The notes under the pieces: generated by a model
Told to the model about the DNA's origin: nothing
The model's input: only the letters and a program-made list of their open reading frames with translations
The model's database searches: none
Virus record (IMG/VR): IMGVR_UViG_3300037501_000111
Coordinates: 256,001-320,000 of that record
Origin: a virus
Taxonomy: Duplodnaviria; Caudoviricetes
DNA length: 64,000 nt
Strand: one strand, 5' to 3'
Shown here: positions 10,628 to 18,490 of the stretch, in pieces
Layout of the letters: each line of letters opens with the position of its first letter
Position numbering within the stretch: position 1 is the stretch's first letter
Translations under genes and position numbers: made by a program

Positions 10628-10998
10628 ATTGTAGATTTTGCCAGGCCCCAATGTTACCTATCCAGGATATCCCGCCGGATAGCGATGCCCGTGTCGATTA
10701 TGGGGTTTTATGGGAATGCCATAATTGCCCAGCTACCGTAAAACAATATGATAGAGATGAAGACTGGTTCTCCATCTTGACCCTGTATAATGGACATTGG
10801 TATGAAATCATGCAAATGTATACAGCCGCTGATTCTAAAGATCCTCCACTATTATCTATTTACAAAATTACTCTTTATGAGGACGAGTACGAGCAGCCCA
10901 ATATCAAATCTGTCCTAGCGTTGGAATTAAATATTAATGGTCAAATCACTCCACAAAATATTAATTCTAAATTATCTACTATACTAACTTTTTCATGA
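10624..10998 (+). CDS. Zn-ribbon / FS-tail family protein (last member)
   Basis: CRFC and CHNC; ends QITPQNINSKLSTILTFS. Confidence 0.8.
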   Translation: MNCRFCQAPMLPIQDIPPDSDARVDYGVLWECHNCPATVKQYDRDEDWFSILTLYNGHWYEIMQMYTAADSKDPPLLSIYKITLYEDEYEQPNIKSVLALELNINGQITPQNINSKLSTILTFS

Positions 10999-11208
10999 AC
11001 TGCGAAATAAAAAACTAAAAGGTATCTGCATCGGTGGTTGTATTGATCCCGACGATTCATTTGGCCATGAACATGCAACTCATGCTCATGTTAGTGCCAA
11101 ATATAAAGGCTGGATATGTTTTAAGTACAAATATTACCTTACGTCCTCGTTTTTGACATAGAACATAATAACTTCACTATCAGAAATGAGTCTAAATACG
11201 ATAATATC

Positions 11209-11883
11209 TTAATGACTTGCAATATTTCCACCATCCACATGAGCTGGCAAATCATCGGTGCAATAGTTTAATCCTTCCAACGGTATGTCAAAGAACTTGG
11301 CCACCTTAACCTGCGTGGCATAATCAATGCACTGGAATCTAGCCCTGGTATAATGCGGATACATCAATCGCTGTCCAACGTGTGGACTGCCCATCAAATG
11401 ACCAATCTCATGCATGGTAATTCCAAACACATCATCGTTACCAATGCGGTCGCGGACTAAATACATGTGATGTCCACCAAGCTGCTCGGTAAACCCAATG
11501 GTCCAATAACCTTTCTCATCCTGAGGCGGTATCATCTTGTTGGTGCTATCCACCTTCATAAATAACCATCCGCCTTTGTTGACCTGTTCCACTATCTTTG
11601 AAACTTCCATATCAAAGTGAGTATCCACTACCTTCAAGATAACATACCCATTCATAGCGAAGTTCCAAGCATCGATTGCTTTGTCAATCTCTACCTTGTC
11701 AGCTTCTCCAAAGTTCTTGTCAATCCAAATCGGTATCTCTCGAACTGGTGTTCCTGTATACCTAGCTTTATGACTGTAAGAATAGACTCCAAGCTTTGGC
11801 TCAGTTATTATCTTCCAACTGGATGCGCAACCAATTGCCAGCGCAGCTAAAGCTGCTAGCAATACTATAATCAACACCTTCAT
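11209..11883 (-). CDS. Matrixin/metzincin-like metalloprotease, probable lipoprotein
   Basis: MKVLIIVLLAALAALAIGC lipobox-like leader; HEIGHLMGSPH zinc motif followed by Met-turn LMYP. Confidence 0.85.
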   Translation of the reverse strand: MKVLIIVLLAALAALAIGCASSWKIITEPKLGVYSYSHKARYTGTPVREIPIWIDKNFGEADKVEIDKAIDAWNFAMNGYVILKVVDTHFDMEVSKIVEQVNKGGWLFMKVDSTNKMIPPQDEKGYWTIGFTEQLGGHHMYLVRDRIGNDDVFGITMHEIGHLMGSPHVGQRLMYPHYTRARFQCIDYATQVKVAKFFDIPLEGLNYCTDDLPAHVDGGNIASH

Positions 11884-11909
11884 AATGAACCCCGCCGGCA
11901 AGTATTCGT

Positions 11910-12836
11910 TTACTTGAAATGCTCTTCCGAGTTGTGCTTGTCCAAAAAACTTCTAATGGTGTCTAAATGAACGTGAATGCCAACCTCTGGTGCCCTAGCT
12001 AAACGAATGGTAATTCCTACTAGCTCTCCATAATCATTGAAACATCCACCACCAGAATTGCCATAGAAAATTGGTATCTGTACCTGCATGTATGGCCCCT
12101 TTGCATCATCACGACCAGCACTTAAACGCTTGTAATGATCTGCATCACGATAAGCAGCAACTTGTCCAGACATGTAAGTCCAGTACAAACCAGTCTGATG
12201 CCCAACTACATTAACATGCTCGCCTAATTCAGGCGTTTCCTTAGCTAGTCTAGCAATAGTATGAGGCGGCTGTAGTTGCCCCTGTACCTCAAGCAATGCT
12301 AAGTCATGAGGCTCATCCCAAGCTACTACCTTGCTCAAATGCCATCCACTTGGCTCAGCAGCTACTCCCATAACTTCTTTCTCAACAATATAATGAATCT
12401 TCAATCCCTTCTTCTCTACCTTGTCGGCTTCTTGTAATCCACCACCCCCAAATAATCTCTGTAACAATTCCTGTAGAGTCTTTGGCTTTTCCTTATCGCC
12501 TTCCTTGCGCTTGTCCAGTCTGTCTTGTTGCCATTCAAGCTCTCCATCAACACAATGATTAGCGGTCAAGATATGCTTGTCATCAACCCAAACTCCCGTG
12601 CAGTACGGACGGTATCCAGTCGTCACTGTGGTCTCTTTATCATCACGATATCCCATCAATGCTACCGTTGAACCACCTTCCATTGCAATCAGTTCAGAAT
12701 TACTTAGTTTGATGCGTAATTCCTGCTTTACTATGGGCGGAACTACCCCAAAACTCTTCGATAAGCATCCAGCACATCCTGCGCCAAGTAATGTTCCCAA
12801 AACAACCAATAGAAGAAGATTCAAATAACGTTTCAT
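11910..12836 (-). CDS. Trypsin-like (S1) serine protease, probable lipoprotein
   Basis: ILTANHC (His), HDLALL (Asp), GNSGGG (Ser); hydrophobic leader ending LGAGC. Confidence 0.9.
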   Translation of the reverse strand: MKRYLNLLLLVVLGTLLGAGCAGCLSKSFGVVPPIVKQELRIKLSNSELIAMEGGSTVALMGYRDDKETTVTTGYRPYCTGVWVDDKHILTANHCVDGELEWQQDRLDKRKEGDKEKPKTLQELLQRLFGGGGLQEADKVEKKGLKIHYIVEKEVMGVAAEPSGWHLSKVVAWDEPHDLALLEVQGQLQPPHTIARLAKETPELGEHVNVVGHQTGLYWTYMSGQVAAYRDADHYKRLSAGRDDAKGPYMQVQIPIFYGNSGGGCFNDYGELVGITIRLARAPEVGIHVHLDTIRSFLDKHNSEEHFK

Positions 12837-13039
12837 GCAGAAACCCCCGCAATTTAACTTGATTACTGACATAAGCTCCGACTCTTTCGGCCCTAGTGAA
12901 ACCAAGATTTAAGGATACGAAAATATACACCAATTCTACATAGGAATTTATCAATTGTATTAACGAATTGCGTCATATAGTAAATGGTATACTCAAATCA
13001 ATCCGCTTGTTTACCCCTTAATAGGATAGCTGTATGGTA

Positions 13040-13483
13040 CTACTTGGTCAATCCATTATCTGACCAGTCATGCCAGTGTGCTTCAAATTTGCTCCTAGAA
13101 AGACGTCCGTACCGCCCTGCTATGCTGCGGTCCATCAAGATGATATCGTCATTTATAATATTGACCAGCACCGCATAATGCCCATCTTCCCAAATACCCT
13201 CAAAGTCAGTATGCTCGTCATATTGCCCCCAGGCTTGTATATTTAGGATAGCCGTGTATCCTAACTGTAAATATTCCTTTAGGTCATTAATAGTTGGTTT
13301 ATTACGATATACTACCTCTAGACCAAATGATTGTGCCACATTGATAATATCTCAACCACTAGTGCCATCTTCATCGGTATTGAGTAAAGGATATAATTCT
13401 GGCTCTCGACGACAACTAGCTAGAGCAGCAGCTCCACAACTGTATTCGTAAGCTTGTCGTACAAGAGATACTAGTGTTGGCAT
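13040..13483 (-). pseudogene. C39-like cysteine peptidase, interrupted
   Basis: RQAYEYSCGAAAL, HYAVLV and MD catalytic motifs; in-frame TGA (GTSG-stop-DII) near 13352. Confidence 0.7.
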
Positions 13484-13783
13484 GGCACAACAGATGCCTT
13501 ATTAGCCCATGAATATTAGTAGTCTCAAATTATATAGTTTATAATGCGATAAGATGCTTTAAGTATTGGGTGAATTATATTAATTTGAATATGGGGTGCC
13601 TATATCCTGTATTGGGGCTAATGGGACGAGAATAGTTATGCAGATCATATCGTGGTCACTATAAATACACCGTCTGAGTGAAGTTTAGACCTTAAGATAA
13701 CGTATAGCCCCCCTTGGGGAGGCGACCTACCACCTCATGCGCACTCCGCCCACACTTTTCCAGCCAGCCTGAAATGAGGGTTT

Positions 13784-13894
13784 TGGCCTGGTTCTTGCAA
13801 TTCAGTTTTGGCATTCTGTTTGCATTTTGCTAATAGCTATACCAACTATATGTAGTATTATTGAATACTAATCATACATGGCATACGTTTTGCA
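13784..13894 (+). promoter_or_regulatory. Three sigma54-type -24/-12 sites
   Basis: TGGCCTGGTTCTTGCA 13784-13799, TGGCATTCTGTTTGCA 13809-13824 and TGGCATACGTTTTGCA 13879-13894; all have exact GG-N10-GC spacing. Confidence 0.65.
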
Positions 13895-13983
13895 AAAATC
13901 AATGAATATGCCAAGGGCGCAGCGCACTTACCCTGTTGGCTCCCATTCACGGGCTGCACTTACCCAGGATTGGAGGTTGAACG

Positions 13984-14448
13984 ATGAACAAGAGCCAGGT
14001 TTCCGCCATCCTTGCCCGAGATCCGTACGCCGTGACCAAGGCGATCGTGCTTCTCTTCTCCTACCAGACGGTGGGGGAGCGTCGCACATCGACCACGGTG
14101 GAGGACAACGGGGTCGGTTTCAACGCAGTGCACGCCAAGAACGCCTCTTACTGGGCGAGGTGGGTGCTCGGGGTCGGACTGAACACCCCAGCCCACATCG
14201 TGGACGACAAGGTGCGACACTACCTGACCGGCGACAACTGCCGACAGTACCGCACTCTCACCGGCTCCTACCTGGTGGAGGCACGTCGGGTGGCCGCCCA
14301 CTACTGGCGACAACTCGCCGCAGCGGCCAAGGCTAAGGCTAAGGCAAAGCTCGTGCCAATCGTCGAGCACCGCGGCACCGACATGTCGCACATGCTGCGA
14401 CAGTTCGACCGCTTCCAGGTCCACCCCGGCATCACGCAGCATGTCTGA
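13984..14448 (+). CDS. Phage hypothetical protein (first gene of the GC-rich block)
   Basis: GGAGG RBS, GC-rich codon usage, downstream of a motif copy. Confidence 0.75.
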   Translation: MNKSQVSAILARDPYAVTKAIVLLFSYQTVGERRTSTTVEDNGVGFNAVHAKNASYWARWVLGVGLNTPAHIVDDKVRHYLTGDNCRQYRTLTGSYLVEARRVAAHYWRQLAAAAKAKAKAKLVPIVEHRGTDMSHMLRQFDRFQVHPGITQHV

Positions 14449-14460
14449 CATGTAGGTTGA

Positions 14461-14495
14461 AAGGGGAGGGTGGCGCTAGCCACCCTCCCCTTCTT
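14461..14495 (+). terminator. Intrinsic terminator-like hairpin
   Basis: AAGGGGAGGGTGGC-GCTA-GCCACCCTCCCCTT (14 bp) followed by CTT. Confidence 0.7.
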
Positions 14496-14505
14496 ACGTT
14501 GTGGG

Positions 14506-14540
14506 CGGCATAGCCATTGCAGGGTGCAAAGCATGTGCCA
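14506..14540. promoter_or_regulatory. Face-to-face pair of sigma54-type sites
   Basis: + strand CGGCATAGCCATTGCA 14506-14521, then GGG, then - strand TGGCACATGCTTTGCA 14525-14540. Confidence 0.6.
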
Positions 14541-14633
14541 GGCAAGTTTGCCCCACGTAAACCGCCGCCTCCCATTCACTGCCAGTCCAGACCGAGAAGC
14601 GTCCACACCAACCCGAACGCAGGAGCCACCGCC

Positions 14634-15260
14634 ATGGGTCTCGCTGACATCATCGCGCTCGTTTCGTCTGCTCACGTCGACCCCACCATCGCGCCCGAGA
14701 TTGACGACTCGCCCGAGATCGTCGAGACGGTTATCGGCCGCAATCTCCCCAAGCCTGTGCGAGGCAAGAAGCAGGTCGCTTCCATTCACGACGGCCCCAA
14801 GGTGTTCGGCGTGACCCTGCCCGAACGCAACACGCTGGACGCCAAGAGCTTCCTTCTCGCTGTTCGCAACGCGGGCAAGCGGCCCAACGCCAAGGGAGCC
14901 ATGGTCTTCGACAAGGCCCACGAGCGCAACGATCTCATCTGTGCTATCCACGCTTACGTTGGGTACGATACCCGACGTGATTTCGGCCCGCAGGACACCG
15001 AGGCGCGGGCCAAGGCCCAGCGCGAGCTGAGGGACGGTGTCACCCCTGGTCCCACCAGGGAGGAGAAGCGGAGTGCAGAGCGTAGCCTGTCGGGCTACGT
15101 GGCTGGCATGCCGCGCCCGGCTCAGAAGCTCCTCGCCAATCTCAGGGCTAGGGAGCAAGCGGCAGCCGAGGCGATGATCGACGCCAAGACCCCGGAGGAG
15201 AAGGTAACATACAAGCACCTCCTCGACACCATTCGTAAGGCCATCGACGAGTTGGTCTGA
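14634..15260 (+). CDS. Hypothetical protein
   Basis: AGGAG RBS before the ATG at 14634; GC-rich codon bias. Confidence 0.75.
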   Translation: MGLADIIALVSSAHVDPTIAPEIDDSPEIVETVIGRNLPKPVRGKKQVASIHDGPKVFGVTLPERNTLDAKSFLLAVRNAGKRPNAKGAMVFDKAHERNDLICAIHAYVGYDTRRDFGPQDTEARAKAQRELRDGVTPGPTREEKRSAERSLSGYVAGMPRPAQKLLANLRAREQAAAEAMIDAKTPEEKVTYKHLLDTIRKAIDELV

Positions 15261-15280
15261 CCCACATAAGGCTCACATCC

Positions 15281-15330
15281 CGAAGGGCTCACACCTGGCG
15301 GGGTGTGGGCCTTTCGCTTTTTCTTTTTTC
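15281..15330 (+). terminator. Intrinsic terminator
   Basis: 15-bp stem CGAAGGGCTCACACC/GGTGTGGGCCTTTCG followed by a long T tract. Confidence 0.85.
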
Positions 15331-15350
15331 GCGATGTAGGGAAAAGTGGT

Positions 15351-15366
15351 TGGCATAGCCATTGCA
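15351..15366 (+). promoter_or_regulatory. Sigma54-type site
   Basis: TGGCATAGCCATTGCA followed by GGGTGCA; 22-nt identity with the copy at 14507. Confidence 0.6.
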
Positions 15367-15582
15367 GGGTGCATATGCGCGAGAAGAGGCGCCTTCCATT
15401 CACTGGCAATCGGAGTCGAAAGGTGCAGCAACGGACGGCAGCAAGGCAAGCAAGCCAGCGCACTAGGCGCAAGTCGTTCGCTACTGTATGCGACCACACA
15501 CGGCAGCAAGGTTCATACCAGGGGCTTGACCCCAAGTCGTGAATAGGCGCCTCCCATTCACCGCCAGACAGCGAGGTTGAGC

Positions 15583-15753
15583 ATGACAGCGAACGAAGCG
15601 TACGAACGAGGGAAAGCGGACGCCAGGCGTGAGAAGGCGCCCCTCTTCCGCTGCACTCGCCATGGGTACGAGCCCACGGTCGATGATGACATGGCGGATA
15701 ACTGGACGCAAGAAGATCGTTTCCACTACGTCCAGGGTTACGACCACGGCTAG
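15583..15753 (+). CDS. Small hypothetical protein (56 aa)
   Basis: GAGG RBS, follows the motif at 15551; MTANEAYERGKADARRE. Confidence 0.6.
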   Translation: MTANEAYERGKADARREKAPLFRCTRHGYEPTVDDDMADNWTQEDRFHYVQGYDHG

Positions 15754-15934
15754 CGCCGGTCCTACGAACAACGGTTGAGCCAAGCGGCTCCCATTCACGA
15801 CGAAATCGAGTGCGGAAGTTGCAATCGCCCCTCACGGCAGCAGGCACCAACGGTGCGGCACCATCGAGTGCAAGTCGAGAGGGGCGGTTGCCTCCCATTC
15901 ACAACGAACGTCACCACAACGAAGGAGCATCATC

Positions 15935-16120
15935 ATGAAAAACGTCGATCTCTCGGTCTCTGGCGACACCCTCGTCATCAAGGTCAGCCTCAAGGCGCCC
16001 CGCACGGCCAGCGCCTCTGGCAAGTCGGATGTCATCGCCTCCACGGAGGGGAACGTCAGCATCCCCGGCTTCCCCAACATCAAGCTCGGTCTCAATTGCT
16101 ACACCCCTAAGGGCAAGTAA
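15935..16120 (+). CDS. Small beta-rich protein (ASTEGN family), copy 1
   Basis: AAGGAG RBS; SGKSDVIASTEGNVSIP, KLGLNCY; paralog at 20837. Confidence 0.8.
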   Translation: MKNVDLSVSGDTLVIKVSLKAPRTASASGKSDVIASTEGNVSIPGFPNIKLGLNCYTPKGK

Positions 16121-16357
16121 CGCCCTTCGGCCAGCTAGTCGCCCCGTGCAATCCCGAGTCTTCTGTCAGGCTCAAAAGGGACACGGGGCGACTAGCCTAG
16201 TTTCTGTTTCTCCAGCGTCACCAAAAGCGCACGGGGCTACGTGCGGCCTTCCAAGGTTTGAGTGACATAAGGGTTCGACTCCCTATGAATCTGTAGCATC
16301 CCGGCCCGTAGCCTTCCATTCACGGAGGCACGGGCTTGAGGTGTTGGAGGTACAACG

Positions 16358-16618
16358 ATGCGCAAGCCTTTCGACATGGCCAACAAGTACGAGTACGGCT
16401 CATACCATGACGACGAACCCACCATCAAAACGCAGGTGCCTGCGTTTCTCCCCAAGGTCATCGTGGATGATGATGCGGAAGACGACGAGCCCACGCTGCC
16501 TAGCTTGCGCAATCCCTTCCACGAAGAGAAGCGCTATCCTGGGATCGGTCTGCTGATCGTCCTGTTCAGCGGAGCACTCTTTTGGGGTGCGGTCTTGTGG
16601 TTCTTCGTCTGGCACTGA
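16358..16618 (+). CDS. Small protein with C-terminal transmembrane helix
   Basis: GGAGG RBS; acidic N-terminal part, hydrophobic C-terminus. Confidence 0.7.
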   Translation: MRKPFDMANKYEYGSYHDDEPTIKTQVPAFLPKVIVDDDAEDDEPTLPSLRNPFHEEKRYPGIGLLIVLFSGALFWGAVLWFFVWH

Positions 16619-16807
16619 TGTGCCAAGGCGAGGTGTAGGTAAGAAGGCCACTGGTCAAGAGACCCTTGGCAAGATGCTCGTGTCCCGACATGGTGACATG
16701 TGCAAGCGCAGCGCTAATGCGCTGGAAAAGGTGAGTGCCGTCAAGAGCGCGACTCACAGGCTCCCATTCACTGATCATCGATAGCGAAAGACAACGGAGG
16801 TACGAAC

Positions 16808-17107
16808 ATGGCATATGGCATCTGGGACGTGAGCGGGAAGGTTCTGATTCCCGGCGCTCGTAAAAGCGCGAGCTTCGGTCCTGTCCGCATCGTGGACAAG
16901 GATCGGGCGACTGCCAGCCGGCATCTGGCCGCGCTGCTGAACGAGAAGTTCCGGCGGGACCTGAAAGGGGACCACCGCTTCTCGGCGGGGTACGCCCTGA
17001 TGAACCTGAAGTGGGAAGAGGTGTGCAAGAAGTCCGCCGCTCCCACGACCGCAACGGCGGTCCAGGTGTCGGAGCAGGTGCGTGCTCAGGAAGCAGCGGC
17101 CGAGTGA
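16808..17107 (+). CDS. Hypothetical protein
   Basis: GGAGG RBS, follows the motif at 16761. Confidence 0.7.
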   Translation: MAYGIWDVSGKVLIPGARKSASFGPVRIVDKDRATASRHLAALLNEKFRRDLKGDHRFSAGYALMNLKWEEVCKKSAAPTTATAVQVSEQVRAQEAAAE

Positions 17108-17150
17108 AGCTCCCTGTTTTCCCATTCATCGCAACACGGAGGACAATGGC

Positions 17151-17369
17151 ATGAGCAACGTAACCGCCGAGCAAGTGACCGCTGGGATTCGCATGGCCGC
17201 AGCAGTGGGGGAAGCCATCCGTGATCTGGGTTCCGTTCCCAGCGGGCATCTGTATGCCAGACTGATGGGACATATGAGCCCGGAGACCTACAACAAGGTC
17301 ATCTCCCTACTGGTCAAGGTGGGTGCGGTCAAAGAGGAGAACCATCTCCTGACATGGGTGGGGAAGTAA
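17151..17369 (+). CDS. Small hypothetical, possibly winged-helix-like protein
   Basis: GGAGGA RBS 7 nt upstream; three helices plus a terminal beta-hairpin pattern (VKEENHLLTWVG). Confidence 0.65.
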   Translation: MSNVTAEQVTAGIRMAAAVGEAIRDLGSVPSGHLYARLMGHMSPETYNKVISLLVKVGAVKEENHLLTWVGK

Positions 17370-17464
17370 CAGTCCCATGTTTCGCACGTACGATGATTGG
17401 AAACTTGCTACTCCCCCAGAATACGAGTTTCTTGAGCCGGAGCCTGGGGAGGAAGAAGAAACAC

Positions 17465-17698
17465 ATGAAAACACTGATCCTACTGATGGGTATCCTAACC
17501 CTGATGTGGATGTGCAACTACACGACCCAAAGCCATCCTGACGACTGCTCGGGGACTCAGTGTACCTGGGATTACGGTACCAGGGAGGGGAGTGTGTGCT
17601 GCCCCGAGTCGGCTCCATACTGCGGTAGGGAAGGTACCTCTTGCCCAAAAGGACAATGTTGTGCTAGTCCTGGGGTCAATCTGGACCCGTTGAGGTGA
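17465..17698 (+). CDS. Small secreted Cys-rich protein
   Basis: Hydrophobic leader MKTLILLMGILTLMW; several Cys including two CC pairs. Confidence 0.55.
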   Translation: MKTLILLMGILTLMWMCNYTTQSHPDDCSGTQCTWDYGTREGSVCCPESAPYCGREGTSCPKGQCCASPGVNLDPLR

Positions 17699-17703
17699 AA
17701 CAA

Positions 17704-17729
17704 GGTGGCCCTTCGGGGCCATCTCTGTT
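17704..17729 (+). terminator. UUCG-capped hairpin, probable terminator
   Basis: GGTGGCCC-TTCG-GGGCCATC directly after a stop codon. Confidence 0.55.
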
Positions 17730-18031
17730 GAGCAAGGTGGCATCGCTATTACAGGGTACAATGGGCGTGCCAGCGAGTTCAAATGGTCGAAAACTCACCG
17801 TCGCCACGTGCCCAAGTCGGAACCTCGGAAACGGGGAAGGCGTCAACGCGAGCACAGTGCTCGCTCCCATTCACGGGGCCGAGGAATTCAACCCCGATCT
17901 AATTGGTCTCCTATCTGGTGGAGCCCATGAATCCGGCTCATTTTTTACCCCGACCGCACTTACCGCAGCGCCAAAACACCGCAGCAGTAGGGCGTTTGCA
18001 TACATGTAGCATATATGTAGGGAAAGGTAGT

Positions 18032-18066
18032 TGGCATGGTTATGGCAGGGTGCAAACGGCGAGCCA
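18032..18066. promoter_or_regulatory. Second face-to-face sigma54-type pair
   Basis: + strand TGGCATGGTTATGGCA, then GGG, then - strand TGGCTCGCCGTTTGCA. Confidence 0.5.
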
Positions 18067-18278
18067 ACGATACGAACGCAAAAACCGGGCCAAGCGGCCT
18101 CCCATTCACGGCGCATCGCCAGCGAAGGTCGCCGCACCGCAAACGACGCAACGCAAGGTGCAGACATACAGACACGGACCATGTGAGTGGGTATGAGCAA
18201 GAGGGACGGGCTCCCATTCACGGCAAACCGGGCGCCGAAAGCGCCGCAACCCACACACTGACAAGAGGGAAGAAAACA

Positions 18279-18476
18279 ATGGGCAAGATTCTGGTCATCA
18301 TTCTGGCAACGTGTGCGTGTCTCTGGCTGGCCTTCATGCTGGTCGGAACGCGACTGACTAACACGGCCTTCAACGTGCCTGGTACCGAACACACACCCGC
18401 CTTCGGTGTCACCTGGACCATCATCCTGGGCGCGGGGGTGGGGTACGTCATCTATCGCATCGTCAAGGGCAAGTAA
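18279..18476 (+). CDS. Small two-TM membrane protein
   Basis: GAGGGA RBS; two hydrophobic segments. Confidence 0.7.
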   Translation: MGKILVIILATCACLWLAFMLVGTRLTNTAFNVPGTEHTPAFGVTWTIILGAGVGYVIYRIVKGK

Positions 18477-18490
18477 GAACTAACAAGTTT

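Noticed and set aside
13340-13360. TGA recoding suggested by the in-frame TGA in the C39 gene
   Set aside because: TGA is a common genuine stop here, the phage encodes RF2, and the gene appears to have a deletion as well.
13660-13667. T4-type late promoter TATAAATA
   Set aside because: A single exact copy in AT-rich DNA with no downstream gene is expected by chance.
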